Shown one piece after another: positions 63,601 through 64,000 of a stretch of DNA of 64,000 nucleotides; positions within the stretch are counted from its first letter, which is position 1, and each line of letters begins with the position of its first letter. Both the position numbers and the translations under genes were made by a program. The DNA is from an uncultured Chloroflexia bacterium (GTDB lineage: Bacteria > Chloroflexota > Limnocylindria > Limnocylindrales > CSP1-4). The notes under the pieces were generated by a model that saw only the letters and a list, made by a program, of their open reading frames with translations, had not been told where the DNA came from and did no database searches. The stretch lies in NCBI GenBank assembly GCA_963734535.1, contig CAVTHS010000011.1, positions 71,807-135,806 on the forward strand, in the 5' to 3' direction.

Positions 63601-64000
63601 CTCATCGTCGAGGCTCTCGACCATCGCGGATGCCGGGACTGCCTCGACCTCCACGCTGAGATGGCTCACGACCGCGATGGTGCGGCCCGTTGCCTCGTCC
63701 TGCCGTTCGGCGGCGATCTCGGCGCGGGCGCCGAGCGAGGCGCGCGCCGCCGGATCGAGCACGACCTCGCCCGGTTGGGCATGCTCCTCGGCCTGGGCAA
63801 GGTCGTCGATAAGCCGACCCGCGAGCACCTCGATGAGCTGGATCTCCGGATCGCCCACCAGGAAGCGTCGCGCCGGCCCGACGGCGACGGCCACCTTCAT
63901 CGCCAGGCGGATGCTGGCGCCGGACGGCGTCACGATCTCGCCGACTCGGTCGAGGGCGCGGTGCATGGCGAACCCGGCAGCAACAGCGCGGACGCCGTCG
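60631..64000 (-). CDS. tandem class III adenylate/guanylate cyclase domains, AAA/P-loop NTPase, TPR repeats; 5' end lies beyond the window
   Basis: The frame is open from 64000: ...GVRAVAAGFAMHRALDRV ... MKVAVAVGPARRFLVGDP is cyclase-like domain 1. FLRFGGIDYD ... GGTALQLTLGDKGAYLYGVFG ... RTFVCLGDAVNLAARLMS ... VKGKSAPV is cyclase domain 2. FGRASEVEALRARL ... ITAEAGLGKSRLVAEL ... LVLEDCHWLD is the P-loop/Walker B region. More than 8 TPR-like repeats run to the stop at 60631. Confidence 0.85.
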   Translation of the reverse strand, partial: DGVRAVAAGFAMHRALDRVGEIVTPSGASIRLAMKVAVAVGPARRFLVGDPEIQLIEVLAGRLIDDLAQAEEHAQPGEVVLDPAARASLGARAEIAAERQDEATGRTIAVVSHLSVEVEAVPASAMVESLDDEQVRPWILPAVYERLRAGHGELLAELRAAFPLFLRFGGIDYDADDEAIAKLDAFVSGAQRILRGFGGTALQLTLGDKGAYLYGVFGSPIAHEDDAARAAAAALALLDLEGATAVTGIQVGIAHGQLRSGTYGHSMRRTFVCLGDAVNLAARLMSAAPAGRVYASEAVRNAAGEAFSWEPLGPLSVKGKSAPVTAFSLTGAREGRTRRTRYRLPMFGRASEVEALRARLDEAAAGTGRIIAITAEAGLGKSRLVAELVRDARRGGVMVATGECQAYGANTSYFPWREVWRRLLHVHLEKPPTERVRELELELASIDPSLVARAPLLDVVLDIEIPDNDLTRPFDAKVRKASLESLLVACLQARAARHPLVLVLEDCHWLDPLSRDLLVALARACPTLHVLLVVAMRPATLPGATLGIERLAGFSEIALSELDRADAALLIRAKLEQESGGSVDAADSLVELVTARSQGNPFYVEELLTYIRAQGIDPSDTVALGALELPDSLQSLILSRIDALAESPRRTLKVASVIGRLFRAAWLPSVHPELGDLADVRDHLVRLREAELVHLDVEADDSYLFKHVVTQEVAYESLPFEIRASLHGRVGRHVEESEPEAIDRNLDLLAHHYWHGDNPAKKREYLVRAGKAAQATYANAAAISYFERAAPLLEGVDRWEVTRRLGEALEVAGDWPGAGRAYRDALALADGTADPSATAWTDVALADLARKRGEYDEASSWLTAARERFELLGDRVGLGRVTQVQGTVAATRGDFVTARSLLEASLEIRRELGDKAAMGALLSNLGIMAEYDGDYDRSWALHEEGLGLRVEAGDKGAIAISLMNLGNVLLLKGNVSEARDCQEESLRLRRETGDPWMIALGEHNLGLLTRSQRDYRATRNLFRRALLTYREHGDKWALAFMLEDVAVLATLLEQHEVALRLAGAGAAVRDEIGAPRGPADQQELDGQLRASRDALGPDAAEPWAAGRRLGLEAAIEEALAFL

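Noticed and set aside
52993-64000. A gasdermin-type or CBASS-type defence operon (STAND/cyclase, caspase-like protease, pore former).
   Set aside because: The protease-like protein has a Sec signal peptide and extracellular-type domains, so it cannot process a cytoplasmic pore former. The cyclase is class III rather than a CD-NTase. No gasdermin-like N-terminal domain was recognised.

Overview
This is a 64-kb chromosomal segment that looks roughly 70% GC by eye. Its gene content fits an actinobacterium-like organism: an F420-type DDN oxidoreductase, an EXLDI protein with a DrrAB-type exporter, lipobox lipoproteins, many GTG starts and 4-nt start/stop overlaps.

Gene order, left to right:
- metX' and metY (both interrupted)
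- a NERD-like membrane protein
- a surface protein carrying a perfect 18-bp x ~35 tandem array
- a LuxR/LAL-type regulator of about 1090 aa, broken by many frame changes
- a cupredoxin lipoprotein
- an AlaX-like editing protein
- a ferric-reductase-like flavocytochrome followed by a coupled mini-ORF
- a PT-repeat protein
- pntAA-pntAB-pntB transhydrogenase
- a thioesterase
- tRNA-Arg(TCG), followed by a ~4-kb islet (MarR, ABM-like protein, PAS-PAS-GAF-EAL protein) that ends at a copy of the tRNA 3' end and a recombinase remnant
- a CNNM/CorC protein
- an L-arabinose locus: araA, an unknown lipoprotein, a YtfQRT/YjfF-type ABC transporter whose second permease has a ~200-aa extra C-terminal domain, a divergent LacI regulator, araB and araD
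- a DDN oxidoreductase, a lipoprotein and an MFS transporter
- EXLDI plus DrrAB, YdeI and a D-aminoacylase
- a urate-degradation cluster: uricase, malate synthase, a cyclic amidohydrolase, a DUF3830-like protein, HIU hydrolase and OHCU decarboxylase
- asnS and a PAP2 phosphatase
- a co-directional accessory block: a tandem-cyclase/AAA/TPR protein (5' end outside the window), a secreted multidomain protein of about 1650 aa (DUF642-like, PPC-like, SPSQW repeats, clan-CD-like His/Cys, Ig-like, PxKF-like) and a 794-aa protein with an N-terminal LALQRDAGNRAV motif and a glycine-zipper hydrophobic hairpin.

I found no rRNA, CRISPR array or intact transposase.

Main caveat: many genes in 1-10.4 kb and in 55.5-60.5 kb are interrupted by single-base frame changes. 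Almost all of them are +1 insertions. I cannot tell from sequence alone whether these are consensus errors or real decay.

All family assignments come from reading the translated motifs. No database search was run.
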